A stretch of 64,000 nt of DNA, taken from NCBI RefSeq assembly GCF_009914755.1, contig NC_060947.1; one strand, given 5' to 3'. Shown in pieces: positions 15,815 to 35,499 of this stretch. Below the pieces are notes generated by a model, which did no database searches, was not told the origin of the DNA, and was given only the letters and a program-made list of their open reading frames with translations. The position numbers were made by a program, and so were the translations under genes. Position 1 is the stretch's first letter. Every line of letters begins with the position of its first letter. This DNA comes from the human T2T-CHM13v2.0 reference genome, Homo sapiens.

Positions 15815-16335
15815 TTTTCTTAAAATTATACTTTAAGTTCCGGGATACATGGGCAGAACGTGCAGGTTTGTTACATAGGAAGACACATGCCATGGTTGTT
15901 TGCTGCACCCATTGACCCGTCATCTACCTTAGGTATTTCTCTAATGCTATCCCTCCCCTAGCCCCCCAACCCCTGACAGGCCCCACTGTGTGATGTTCTT
16001 CTCCCCGCGTCCATGTGTTCTCATTGTTCAACTCCCACTTATGAGTGAGGACACGTGGTGTTTGGTTTTCTGTTCCTGTGTTAGCTTGCTGACACATGTC
16101 CCTTCAAAGGACATGAACTCATTCTTTTTTATGGCTGCATAGTATTCCGTGGTGTATATGTACCACATTTTCTTTATCCAGCGTCGTGGCAGGCGCCCGT
16201 AATCGCAGCTACTCAGGAGGCTGAGGCAGGAGAATTGCTTGAACCTGGGAAGTGGAGGTTGCAGTGAGCAGAGACTGTGCCACTCCACTGCAGCCTGGGT
16301 GACAGAGCGAGGCTCCGACTCAAAAAAAAAAAAAA
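15815..16335. mobile_element. L1PA 3' end (minus, 15815-16180) fused to an Alu right arm (plus, 16181-16335) in CT45 intron 1
   Basis: L1 3' UTR with an internal deletion at about 16092 abuts GCGTCGTGGCAGGCGCCCGTAATCGCAGCTACTCAGG...poly-A. Confidence 0.8.
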
Positions 16336-16399
16336 TGTCTTCCAATGCATGGAAAGAATATTTTTCTCCATTTACTGCAGTCTTGAATTTCTCTGAGTG

Positions 16400-17250
16400 A
16401 TGTTTTATAATTTTTGTGAAGTACTCTAGCACATCTTGATTAGATTTATTCCTAAATATTTGATGTTTTTGGAACTGTTTTTAATGACATTTGAAATCTC
16501 ATATTCTAATTATTCGTTATACAGAATTGCCATTCTGTATAATGCCATTCATTATACAGAATTGCTATTCATTATACAGAAATGCCATTGGTTTTCATTG
16601 TATCTAGTAAGTTTACTAAATTTGCTTATTAACTGTAATGATTTTATTCTTCTGCATTTTTCTATGTACAGAACAATGTCATCTGTGAATAATGACAGTT
16701 TTATTTCTTTCCAAATTTTAAACCTATTGTATTTTCCTGATGATATGGCACTTTTTAGAACCTCCAGTAAATTGTTGAATGGATAGTGGACATCTTTGTC
16801 TTGTTTTCAAACTCAGGGAGAAAATACTGATACGTCACTATGAAGTATGGCATTTAAAAATTTTTTGTACATATGCTAACCAGAATAGGAAAGTTGCCCT
16901 TTTTCCTAAGTTGGTGATAGTTTTTATCACGAATGGACTTTAAACATTGATCCATGTATGAAAATGATCATGCGGTGTTTCCCTGTTTTTGTTGTTGTTG
17001 TTGTTGTTGTTGTTAATGTGGTGCACTACATTTGTCGATTTTCAAATGTTAAATCAGTGTTGCCTTTCTGCAATATACTCCACCATGGCTGATGTATGTC
17101 CTTTTTAAGTACTAGTACATTTTATTTGCTCACCCTTAGTTTGGAATTTTTGTGTCTAAGTTCGGGGTGATCTTGGCTTGTATTTTTGGCTTGATCTTGT
17201 AGTTTTTCATTCTTCTAAATTCCTTGTCAGATGTTGTTATCAGTTTTGTA
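16400..17250 (-). mobile_element. Ancient degenerate L1M fragment in intron 1
   Basis: T-rich antisense L1-like phrases (AGATTTATTCCTAAATATT, ATGTCATCTGTGAATAATGACAGTTT, GAACCTCCAGTA). Confidence 0.6.
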
Positions 17251-17758
17251 TCAATCTTCTAATAAGGGTTCCTAATAAGGGTTAATACACGTTGGTTTAT
17301 GCATCTATTTGAATATATAAGCATAAATACTTATATATTAAATATATATGATATATAATATATAATTTAAAATATAATGTATAATAAGGGTTAATACAGA
17401 TTGGTTTATACATCCATTTTTTCTAATAAGGGTTAATACAGATTGGCTTATACATCTTCAAATAGGTAATAATATTTTTATCTATTTTTGGTTGATGACA
17501 GCTGCTTATTCCACAAGCATTCTGATTGATTTGGTTATACCATCTTTCTTCTGTTTTACTTTGTGTACATTAAAATTAGGTTTCTTTTCCTGAGAACAGA
17601 GTGTTTGTTGAGACTTGGTAAATCTTGGCTCATGATTAAAAGTGAAATTAATGATTCAAAGTCTTGGTTGTATACACATATGCAGATTGCTTGCCATTTT
17701 GTGATTGTTAGATTTTTGTCATGAATAGAATATATTCATTGATGTTTTTCAGGAAACA

Positions 17759-20700
17759 ATGACCGATAAAACAGAGAAGGTGGCTGTAGATCCTGAAACT
17801 GTGTTTAAACGTCCCAGGGAATGTGACAGTCCTTCGTATCAGAAAAGGCAGAGGATGGCCCTGTTGGCAAGGAAACAAGGAGCAGGAGACAGCCTTATTG
17901 CAGGCTCTGCCATGTCCAAAGCAAAGAGTAAGTAAGCCTGTCCTCACGTCCTCCTCATGCTCCTGCCTCATCCCCTCCAGAGAAACTGTCCTTGTCAAGG
18001 TTAACAGTTTCGGCTGACATTGCCATTAACTTCTCAGCAGCATTTGACAGTTGTTCACTCGCTTCTTCATGAAAACCTTCTAGGATTTCCATTTCCGACA
18101 ATCTTTTTTTTTTTTTAATTTCTTGTCCGTATTGGTGAATCCCTATCATTTTTTTCTTGAGATGGAGTTTCGCTCTTCTCAGCCAGGCTGGAGTGCAGTG
18201 GCGCGATCTCGGCTCACTGAAATCTCCGTCTCCTGGGTTCAAGTGATTCTTCTGCCGCAGCCTCCCGAGTAGCGGGATTACAACCACCAGCCACCACACC
18301 CAGCTAATTTTTGTAAGTTTAGTAGAGATGGGGTTTCGCCATGTCGGCCAGGCTGGTCTGGAACTCCCCCCCTCAGGTGATCCACCCACCTCAGCCTCCC
18401 AAAGTGCTGGGATTACACGCACGAGCCACCGCCCCCGACCCCATCATTGTTTTTTTCTACATTTCTTTTTCTTCTCTTCTCTAAATACTGTAAAAAATTC
18501 CTGAACCCCAGCATCTCTCTCTCTCCTTCTATTCCACTCTGCCACGATCAATCACTGAGCTCCTGAGAAACCTCCATGTTTCCCATTATTTCCCGCATCA
18601 AACACATACCCTCCAACCCTGCAGCCGGGTCATGATGTTGGCATGTAAATCACGTGATGCCATGTCGCTCCTGAACACCCATCCTCAACACTCCTAAGCA
18701 CTCAGAACCGACTGCGAAGCAGCTTTGGTCTGCGAGGTTCTGCGTGGCCTGGCCTCCGTCACCCTCTCCTCACACGGGCCCCATCATCTCCTGACTCTCT
18801 CTGCTACTGTCCTTCACCCCGTAGTGCCCGGTCCATCCCCACTCCAGCCCATATCCTTGGCCTCACCGCAACCTGGAACTCCCCCTCTGCCTCTGCGCAG
18901 GCAGCTCTGCTTTTTCCTTCAAGCCCTGCCCAAGGGTACCTCCACAGAAGGCTCTGCCCAACCAGCAGCAGCTCCTGGGGCTCCCTCTGCTGCTGTTGCC
19001 CACAGGCCTGTGGACTGCTTCCTTACCACTAGCCCAACACTGTATGTTTCATTTGCTCATTGTGCACGTACTGTCTGACCGCCCCATGAGGATGTGAGCT
19101 CCACAAGGGCAGGGAACGTTGCTCTCTGGGCTGTTTACTGCTGATCCCCAGCTACCGGCACGCTGCCTGCCACAGACGATGAATAAATGAGAGGTGTCAG
19201 ACCTGGAGTGAAAAGAAAGTCACTTTTGTGAGACAGAAAGGAAGGATGAGGAAAATCATACAGTAAAAGGGACTTTTTGGTGGTGGAGTGCGTATAGAAC
19301 TTTTAGCAGTAATGGCCGCCTCTATTTTCTCAGAATGTGTTTGATATAACAGGAGACCGGTTGAGGTGTGTCCAAGTTGTCTGGCTTCCAGCTTAGTAAA
19401 ACATGGCAGTTTGTAAGTGAATTTGAGAAATCATGATATCAAGTGAGACTTGCTGCTTTCAACTTGTAAAGCATAACAAGCTGAAACTGTCCCATGAGTA
19501 CCAGGGATCTGTGAATGTTGCTTTAGAGTTGTACTGCCTTACTTGGTTTCCATGTCTATTCATAGGGCCAGAAAATAAGAGGTGGTTTTATTGTATTATG
19601 TGTCCTGGCCTCCGTTTGTCAGGCCTGGGATTTCTCCCTGGTGTATCCTCCCATTTATGAAATAAATAATTCCCTAGAAACTGAGGAGCACATAGATGTA
19701 CCCAGAGGGGTGATGAAACACACATATCTCACAGCTCAGCTTCTCAGTTTGATTTCCAGAGCTGTCATTCATGAGGTCTATGTGGAGGGGAAAGAAAGTG
19801 GTCAAACACCAACTGATGGCTTTTACTCAAAATCTGTTTCACCAGAGCTTATGACAGGACATGCTATTCCACCCAGCCAATTGGATTCTCAGATTGATGA
19901 CTTCACTGGTTTCAGCAAAGATAGGATGATGCAGAAACCTGGTAGCAATGCACCTGTGGGAGGAAACGTTACCAGCAGTTTCTCTGGAGATGACCTAGAA
20001 TGCAGAGAAACAGCCTCCTCTCCCAAAAGCCAACGAGAAATTAATGCTGATATAAAACGTAAATTAGTGAAGGAACTCCGATGCGTTGGACAAAGTAAGT
20101 AATATAAGAATGTCTGTTTTATAAAACTATAGGAAGTCTCTCTTTCTATGATTCAGAAGATATTCATGTTGCCTGTTGAGTTTCATTCTTTGCCAGAGTT
20201 GAGATTGCACATAATTTATGGTGGTTCCTCTTTTCTTTGACTAAAGCATGTACATTTTTTCTTTTTCTTTTCTTACTTGGTTATGGTTAAAGGAGTTACA
20301 TTCGTATGTATGTGCAGGTGTCTTTTTTATTATTTAGGTTTTGTATGTGCAGGTATCTTGATTTAAGCATTTAAAACATTTCAGCCTCTGAAGCATGATT
20401 GCTGAGGTGTAGATTCACTTCTATTCTTCTTTATATTTGATAATACTGAAGTTTTTTTTTTTTTCAACATCTTCAGAATATGAAAAAATCTTCGAAATGC
20501 TTGAAGGAGTGCAAGGACCTACTGCAGTCAGGAAGCGATTTTTTGAATCCATCATCAAGGAAGCAGCAAGGTGGGTAGAAATAGGAACTGTCCAATTTCT
20601 TTAAGCACTTGGGCTCAATAGAGCACTGGGGGTGAGCGTTGGGGAACAGCCCCTGCCTTGCGTTTCTCAAACCCTGGTCCTCACTCACAGTTATGGCTGT

Positions 20701-21852
20701 CTCCACAGTTACTTAGGCTAATGTTATCTGAGTGTAACTCATTCTTCGAAGACTATGGAGACTTCCATTTTCACCATAGTCTGAGGTGCGCATTGTCCCT
20801 CAATTGACACTCTTTGTATTTGCTAGACTACCTCTTTTTAAAAAATTTGTGTAGGCACATAGCAGATGCATATATTTCTGGGCTATATGAGATATTGTGA
20901 TACAGACAACAATGTGTAATAATCACATCAAGGTAAGTGGGGTTTCTATCACCTCAAGCTTTTATCCTTTGCGTTACAGAGAATACAATTATACTCTTCA
21001 TTATTTTTAAATGTGCAATTAAATTATTACCGACTATAGTCACCCTGTTGGGCTATGAAATACGACATCTTATTTATTCCATACTTCTACGTATTAATCA
21101 TCCCCACTTCCCACACCCTCCACCCCCACTAACCTTTGTAGCCTCTGGTAACTGTCATTCTACTCTCTATCTCCATTAGTTCAGTTGTTTTACACTTTTA
21201 CTCCCAAAAATAAGTGAGAACATGTGAAGTTTGTCTTTCTGTGCCTGGCTTATTTCACTTAACATAAGGACCTTCGGTTCTATCCGTGTTGTTGCAAATG
21301 ACTGAATCTCATTCTTTTTTTTATGGCTAAACAGTACTCTGTGGTGTATATGTACCATATTTTCTTTACCCATTCATGTGTTAGTGGACACTTAGGTTGC
21401 TTCCAAATCTTGGCTACTGTGGATGGTGCTGCAACAAACATGGGAGTGCAGATATCTGTTCGGTACACTGACTTCCTTTCTCTTGGGTATATACCCAGCA
21501 GTGGGATTGCTGGATCATATGATAGCTCCATTTTTAGTTGTTTGAGGAACCTCCAAACTGTTCTTCATAGTTAGTTGTTGTAGTAATTTATATTCTCACC
21601 AACAGTGTATGAAGGTTCCCTTTTCTCCACACCCTTGCCAGCATTTGTTATGCCGGCTAGACTGCCTCTTACCATGCAGATACATTTCTATTTCCATGCT
21701 GACTGTTACTTCATCTTTCTATCCATCACAGTGCTTCCTACAGCATAGGTTCTTTGGCTATCTTTTGGTTAATGACATGTCTCTTTCTTTTCAGATGTAT
21801 GAGACGAGACTTTGTTAAGCACCTTAAGAAGAAACTGAAACGTATGATTTGA
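17759..21852 (+). CDS. CT45A: CT45A family, copy 2 (coding exons 17759-17927, 19846-20094, 20477-20570, 21795-21852)
   Basis: Copy of gene 1 at offset 17264-17265. All splice sites, the ATG and the TGA are intact, and the protein is the same 189 aa (Ala55). Confidence 0.95.
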
Positions 21853-23321
21853 GAATACTTGTCCCTGGAGGATTATCACACCCCAAATGCATAATCTCGT
21901 TAATGATTGAGGAGAGAAAAGGATCAGATTGCTGTTTTCTACAATGGAGCAGGATATTGCTGAAGTCTCCTGGCATATGTTACCGAATCAAATAGCCTTC
22001 CAGAGGCTAAGAAATTTCTGTTAGTAAAAGATGTTCTTTTTCCCAAAGCATTTTATTTGAAAGGATAACTTGTGTTTTGGTTATTTTGTATTCCCACCTG
22101 TGCTGGTAGATATTATTAACCCATTAGGTAAATACTATTACAGTCGTGGTTTCTGCAGCAGCTCACAGTGTTGTAGCTGGTATTTATCACTACGTTCTTT
22201 CGCTACCCATTTCACATTCCCTTTGCCCTGAGATAGCATGTCAGTTGGTCATGATGCTTGGCCTGGCAGGATGACTCAAACCTTCATTACGGAAGAGTCT
22301 GAACCATTAGATGTCCTGCCTGGATGGGGTTGCTGTGATCTTCCATTAACTCTAATCGAAAAACACGGGAGGACTAAGAAGCTCTCTAGACATATCACAC
22401 ATACTCTTCCTTAGCCCCTGGTGTAGTGGGAACCCGATCTCAATGTTGAAATCTGTATCAGTCAGCCTTCAACGAAAAGGCAGAACTAATGGGAGATTTT
22501 AATGTGTGTGTGTGTATTTTACACACACACACACATTAAAATACACACACACTTTAAAATCTCCCATTATACATGTAATGCACATTATACCTGTGTGTGT
22601 GTGTGTGTTGGTAGGGGGTATATATACCTACACACACACACTTTGTAATCTCCCATTATACATATAATACACATTATACACATTACACATATTACATATA
22701 CACCCCTATTCATATATATATACCCCATATATATATATACCATATATGGTATATATATATATATATATGTGGTATATATACCATATATGGTGTGTATATA
22801 TATATATATATATGCACGTAGGGTGGTATATCCAATATATATAATAAAGGTAGTTCCTAGATAGGATTGGCCTGATAACAATAATTTGGAGCTTCAGTAG
22901 CAGTCCCTTTAAGACTGTTGTCTCCAGATATGACTTGCACATTCTATGCTTTTTATTTTATTTTTTTAAGACAGAATCTTGCTCTGTTGCCCAGGCTAGA
23001 GTGCAGTGTCACGATCACAAGTCACTGCAACCTCCAGCTCACCCCAGTTCAAGCGATCCTTGTGCTTCAGCCTCCCAAGTAGCTGGGATTACAGGTGCAC
23101 CACAGGTGCCATCACGCTGCTAATTTTTGCATTTTTAGTGGAGATGGGGTTTTGCCATGTTGTCCAGGCTGGTCTCGAAACCTGGCCTCAAGTGATCTGC
23201 CCATCTCAGCCTCCCAAGGTGCTAGGATTACAGGCATGAGCCACTGCACCCAGCCCATTCTATGCTTTTTTTAAAATTAATTCATTCATTGATTCAACAA
23301 ATATTAATTGTTCCAGGTACT

Positions 23322-27677
<4,356 letters not shown>

Positions 27678-29373
27678 AGAAGTTAGACCTGCCAATAACC
27701 CAAATGAGCTTGAAAATAATTTCTCTCTGAGTCCTCAGTTAGTCAGCAGCCTGGTTGATACCTTACCTTTGATTTGTGAGATCCTAAGCAGAGATACCAA
27801 TCTAGGCTGCATGGATTTCTGATCTACAGAACTGCTTATATATTTGTGTTGTTTTAAGCTGCTAAATTGGGGATAATTTCTTTTGCAGTAGTAACAAACT
27901 TAATAGACGTGGTGCCGGCATATTCTGAAATAACAAATGAAAATCAGGCATGATGTTTTTTATTTTCTCATCAACTGGTCGCAGGGAACTCCCCATGAGA
28001 CCGCAGGTGCAGGACTAAGGAAGCTTCTCTTTTTCTGGGCCCCAATCCATGCTAGCAGGGTTTCAGGCACCTGTCAGTGGGTCACAGTACTGCACAACAT
28101 TGAGGTATATACTAAGACAACATCTATTATGGAACTCGTTTCTGTGTTCCTTATTTAGTAGTAAAAAAGGCAAGATGTAAGAACATGCTGTTCACCTTAT
28201 AACCACCATCTTGACATGCCAGACTACTAAGTTGTTAGACGTTTCCCTCAGGTAGAAGACCCCTGACGTTGTTTGGGAATTATTTCTCACATAATGTCTT
28301 GTAAGTGTGTCGCTAATGTGTCTGGATTAGTTGCTACCTCCTGCGCAGTCAGCATAATGTCATCAGTGCAAAGAATGGTGTTACATCTGGTTTAAGAGAA
28401 AGGTGGTCATGGTCCCTAAGGACTCGTTTAGGATATAAACCTTGAGAGTTGATATAAGGTTGAAAGAGGAGATGATAGTACATTGCTGTCCTTTCTAGCT
28501 GGACCCAAACTCTTCTTTATGACAACTACTGAAAGAAAACAAAACATTCACCTAATCACGATTATATATCAGGTTCCCAGGGATGTCACAGTTGCCGATG
28601 CAACAAAACCACCTGCAGTACAGCAGCTGCAGTTGGAACAACAATTTGATTAAGTTTATGGTCCGATCTCGGCTCACGGCCACCTCCACCTCCCGGGTTC
28701 AAGCAATTCTCTTGCCTCAGCCTCCTGTGTAGCTGGACTATAGGCACACACTATCACACCTGGCTAATTGTTTGCATTTCTTAGCAGAGACAGGGTTTCA
28801 CCATGTTGGCCAGGCTAGTCTCAAACTCCTGACCTCGAGTGATCTGCCCACCTCAGACTCCCAAAGTGCTGGGATTACAAGCGCGAGCCACCGCGCCAGG
28901 CCCCGGCTATTTTTTGTATTTTTGGTGGAGCTGTGGTTTCGCCATGTTGGCCAGCCTTATCTGGAACTCCTGACCTCAAGCGATCCACCCACTTCTGCCT
29001 CCCAAATCCTGGGATTACAGGCGTGAGCCACTGTGTCCAGCGAAAACTTCACTTTTAAGTGAAACGCAGAAACAAAATCAGATAATCAGAAAATGAGATA
29101 CTGCGTGTTCTCATTCATATGTGGGAGCTAAACAATGGGTACACATGAACATAAAGGTAGAAACCATTGACTCTGAGGACTCCAAAAGGGAAGTGGAGGG
29201 GAGGGAGGGAGCGGGTTGGAGGGTTGAAAAACTACCTATTGGATACTCTCTTCACTATTTGGGAGATGGGTTCACTAGAAGCCCAAACCCCGGAATTATG
29301 CAATTATATCCAAGTGAGAAACTTGTACATGTACCCGTCTTGCATCTATAATTTTAAAAAGGTTAAAAAAGAA

Positions 29374-31035
29374 AGCTTCAGTTTTAAATCTTAACCAGAT
29401 ATACATGAAAAGGATTACTATACTTGGACACCTTTACAGGTTTCTATGTTAGTTTTTGGTGTTAAAGCAGAAAACTGTTCCTCGACCACTTTATTAATTG
29501 TATATCCTCTTTGTACAAACATCCAAAATAGAAGACTGTCACTTTTGGTTCTGTAACTGTGATTCTTTACTGCAGTCTTCTACAGCTTTTACAGAATTAA
29601 TGGTCCCTAGTATCTGCCATTCTCCAATTGCCCTGGGTGGCGAAATGGCTGCCGTAGTAAACTTTTCACTGATAATTAGAGGTTTTGGAAACATGCAGGG
29701 CTTGTTATTTAAGAGTGACTCCATTTGGGCATTCCGGTGGATGGCCTACAGGTTTTCTTGCAGAGTATACTAGAGTCTCCAGAATGAATAACCCTAGGAA
29801 CTTGAGGAACTAGTGCTTTCCAGAATTTTGGAAGCCAAGATACAAATATTGAAGAGTCCAGTCCCAGTTATAATCACCATCAGAAGAGAAAATGTCTGTG
29901 CATTCAATCAGTGTCTAATTGCCATCCCAGGTGAAGGCTAGACCCATATCATGCTCTGTGGATTTCCAGGGTCTTTTTTCATTTTTCATTTTTGTCAGTA
30001 CCTAGTGGGTGTATATATTTATGGATTACATGAGATATTTTGATAAGGCATACAATGTATAATAATCACATCAGGGTAAATAGTCTCCATCACCGCAACC
30101 ATTTATCCTTCCTTTGTGTTACAAACAATCCAATTATACTCTTTTAGTGATTTTAAAATTTATAATAAATTATTGACTCTAGTCACCCTGTTGTGCTATC
30201 AAATGCTACATCTTACTCATTCTACCTAACTATATTTTTGTACCCACGAGCCATCCCCGCTTCCCCCGACACCCCCACTACTCTTCCCTGCCTCTGGTAA
30301 CCATCCTTCTACTCTCTATCTCCATGAGTTCGGTGGTTTTAATTTTTAGCTCCCACAAAGGAGTGAGAACATGTGAAGTTTGTCTTTCTTTGCCTGGCTT
30401 ATTTCACTTAACATAATGACCTCCAGTTCCACCCATGTTGTTGAAAATGATGAGATCTCATTCTTTTTTATGGCTGAATAGTACTTCACTGTGTATATGT
30501 ACCACATTTTCTTTATCCATTCATCTGCTGGAGGACACTTAGGTTGCTTCCAAATCTTAGCTATTGTGAATGGTGCTGCAACAAACATGGGAGTGCAGAT
30601 ACCTCTTCCGTATACTAGTTTCCTTTCTTTTCCAAGTTTTTATATGCACTTCATCAGCAGTGCTGTAGAAACTGCAGCTGGCAATGTAAGTCCCTGGAAA
30701 GAGAACATCACACCCAGGGCACTCTTGCCACTCTGATAGCTACATCTTTTTGAAGACATGGTAAAAGTCTGGGGTAAAGTAGTGGTTGTTCTCTAGCAAA
30801 AATCGAACACCAGCCTACCCCTGAAGTATTTTGAACCTTTCGCATACAAAATGCAAATTACAATACCAAAGTCATTTGATGTGGCCAAATGGGTGGGGAT
30901 TCTTGGGATTAAGCACCCCATCTTCAAAGCTGCATTCTTCTTCAGGTACCTGAGGCAATGTCTGGGGTTATTACGGGGAAACTCATTGGGGTACCAACAA
31001 ATGCTGAAAGGAGAGAACATTGGTAGAACCGGACA
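29374..31035 (-). pseudogene. MGAT2P: MGAT2 pseudogene (left-arm mirror copy)
   Basis: Reverse complement of 49969-51630. ORFs 30793-31020(-) and 29539-29724(-) carry the MGAT2-like peptides. Confidence 0.88.
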
Positions 31036-31502
31036 GCCTCACAGTGGTGGCCTTGGACTGTAGCAGTTGGAGCTGGCTCTGGCAGCTGCCCTCATCTTGG
31101 GTCCTGGGGTGCCTGCCCATAGGCTCTCAGCTGCCCTGCACTGCCGGGGCTCCGCATCCTCGCCTGGCAGCTGCAGCTCATCAGACTAGGAGCTGCCAGG
31201 GCTCAGTGTCACCTCGGTCCTCCCAGTTCAGCATCCAGGTCTGTCCTGGGAGAAGCCCTGCCTGAGCCCCACCCCAGCCCTCTTTGTTCCCTGTGCTGCC
31301 AGCGGACTTGCCTCCTGGGCACACTCATCCATCAGTGGCCAGGGGCCTGCAGGACCCAGCCAAGCAGCCTCTGCCCACTCCAGCAGTGACTGGCTGGGGT
31401 GGGCTTTTGCAGATGGCATAAACTCCATATCTCAGTTATCCCTGAGGTGTCCCTGTGGATGGGCCTGCCACACTCAATTGAGTCCTTTAAAAGCAGACAG
31501 AG

Positions 31503-31967
<465 letters not shown>

Positions 31968-32719
31968 CTATGCTGGAGGGCCTAGGAGCTGAGAGTAGTC
32001 CCTGGCTGTCACCCAGTAAAGAAACCAGGACCTCATTTCTACAACCTTAAACACAGGAATAGATCATCAATGTCCTCAGACATTAAGGAAATGGAAATCA
32101 AATCCACAAGGAGATACTACCTCACCTCACTGGGATGAATATTAACAAGTAATTAACAAGTGTTATAGAGGAGAAATTGGAACCCTCCACCATTGCTGCT
32201 GGGAATGTAAAATGATGCAGCATCTTTGAAAAATAGTCTGGCATTTCTTCACAGAATTGATAATAAAGTTATTGAACAACCTGCAAATTCCACTTCTAGC
32301 TAAATATCCAAGAGAAATACAAGCATATATCCACAGCAAAACTTGCACACAAATATTTGAAGCCAGATCCAATATTATATTTTGTACACCTTCATACCCC
32401 AGCCTTAAGAACTACTCTCACACATTTACCAGAGACTACTATATTGGAAAAATCATACAGTTGTTTCGGTGACTATCACACCTCTTGACAGGGCTCAGTG
32501 TTTAACTCACTGTTTTGGCCAGCAGGAACTTGAATTTAAGTGCAGGTTAAGAAGCAATGAGGGGTGCTGGTGTTAGTTTCAGAGGAGGAGCAGCGGTGCC
32601 CTTCAAGGCAACGATCTCAGGTGAGACCCTCACAGCTCTTCGGGTAAAGGGGAACCTCGGGCAGGAGGAGTGGGAGGGCTGCTTCTATTGACAAAGACAC
32701 CCGGAGAATTTAGGGATTT

Positions 32720-33042
32720 GCAATGGACCGAATGTTTGTGTCCCCCGCCACATTCATTTATTGAAATCCTAACTCCTATTGTGATGTTATTAGGAGGTGG
32801 AGCCATTGGAAGGTCATGAAAGTGGAGCCCTAATAAATGGGAATATTGTCCATATAAAAGGGACCCCAGAGAGCTCTCTGTGCCCTGGCAACATGGAAGA
32901 GGGCCCTCACCAGAACCTGACCATGCTGGCACCTTGATCTCAGACTTACAGCCTCTAGAAATGTGAGAAATACAATTTCTGTTGTTTGTAAGCTACCTAG
33001 TATATGGTATTTTATTATAGCAGCCCTAACTGACTAAAACAC
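32720..33042 (+). mobile_element. MLT1A/MST-type MaLR LTR; mirror about 47962-48284
   Basis: Starts TGCAATGGACCGAATGTTTGTGTCCCCC and ends TTATAGCAGCCCTAACTGACTAAAACA, typical MaLR termini. Confidence 0.7.
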
Positions 33043-33654
33043 AGTTCTAAGTGCCCAGATTCATTGGCATAAACCTATACGTTTCCATTCCAGTTTTCAG
33101 TATCTGATTTCTCCCTATTAGTGCCCTAACATTAGCAGAAGAGACCCTTTTGAGGTTGTGAATTCAATTTGTGTTGTAATTCAGCCACTGACAGGAGTAG
33201 ACTTTGGATTTCATTTTCCCAAATCTTGGCCTGGTTGCTATAGGAGATGACAGTTTCTTTCAGGCCAGTCATAGATGTTATCAGGTCCTTCCTTCACACC
33301 TTGAGCAAGAACTTTAACGACTTCTTTCTTCATGTTCTACAGTACATTAGAAACAACAAATCAACCACTCAATACTCCTTATTTTGACCAAACCATTCTA
33401 AGATATCAAAGCACAAGAAAGCCAACCAGGTCAGGGCCGGTGGCTCATGCCTGTAATTCCAGCACTTTGGGAGGCTGAGGCAGGAGTATTGCTGGAGCCC
33501 AGGAGTTAGAGACCAGACAAAAAATTTACAGTTAGTCACCCAGGGACTTGTCTTTTATAGGCACTTCATTATAGGACTCTAAAGGTGTAAATGTGAGTAA
33601 TTCTTTTGCTATTTCTTACTGTGCACTACCAGTGCTCATTTTACTACTGCAAAC

Positions 33655-34071
33655 TGTTGGGGTGACCAGACCCAGCACCAGGTCGTGGGAGCGACAAAGT
33701 CCAGCGGGGTCAAAGGATTGTGAAAAAGACAGTTTGAGAAGGAAAGTGGGACCCGGGGCCATCATGATTGTGGAGGCTGTGAAGGCCCTGAGCTCTGGGA
33801 GCCCATGCTATTTATTGGTAATCCAACAAAGAGACAGGTGGTGAGAATGTAAGGGTCAAAAGGGCAGGTGCATGATCTACAGCTGTGACGGTTTAGCATT
33901 TATATGGAACATGTTCTGCTACTTGAGATAATGGGAATAGAGTTGATCTAGGAGCCTAGGAGGGCTAGAAGCAAGGAGCCAGCAAGTCTGGACACATTCC
34001 AGAGGACATTATGTCAGACATGCAAGCCCTGCCTCAGTTTTTTTTTCCCAACACTCAGCATTTTCCAAAGA
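33655..34071 (-). mobile_element. Solo LTR3-like LTR, inverted paralog of 45923-46334
   Basis: Diverged reverse complement of the 45923-46334 LTR with the same downstream flank (GTTTGCAGTAGTAAAATGAGC). No internal sequence is attached. Confidence 0.75.
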
Positions 34072-34177
34072 AAAACAGGTTCATTAAAGCCTCCAAATTT
34101 AATCACAATTAAGAAATATTCCAGAAAACCCAGAATGAATTCAAGGAAGGTGTCATTAAGACTTTCTTTGGAAGCAC

Positions 34178-35499
<1,322 letters not shown>

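Noticed and set aside
16437-16447. DUX4-like site TGATTAGATTT in intron 1
   Set aside because: Single imperfect match within an AT-rich old L1, expected by chance.
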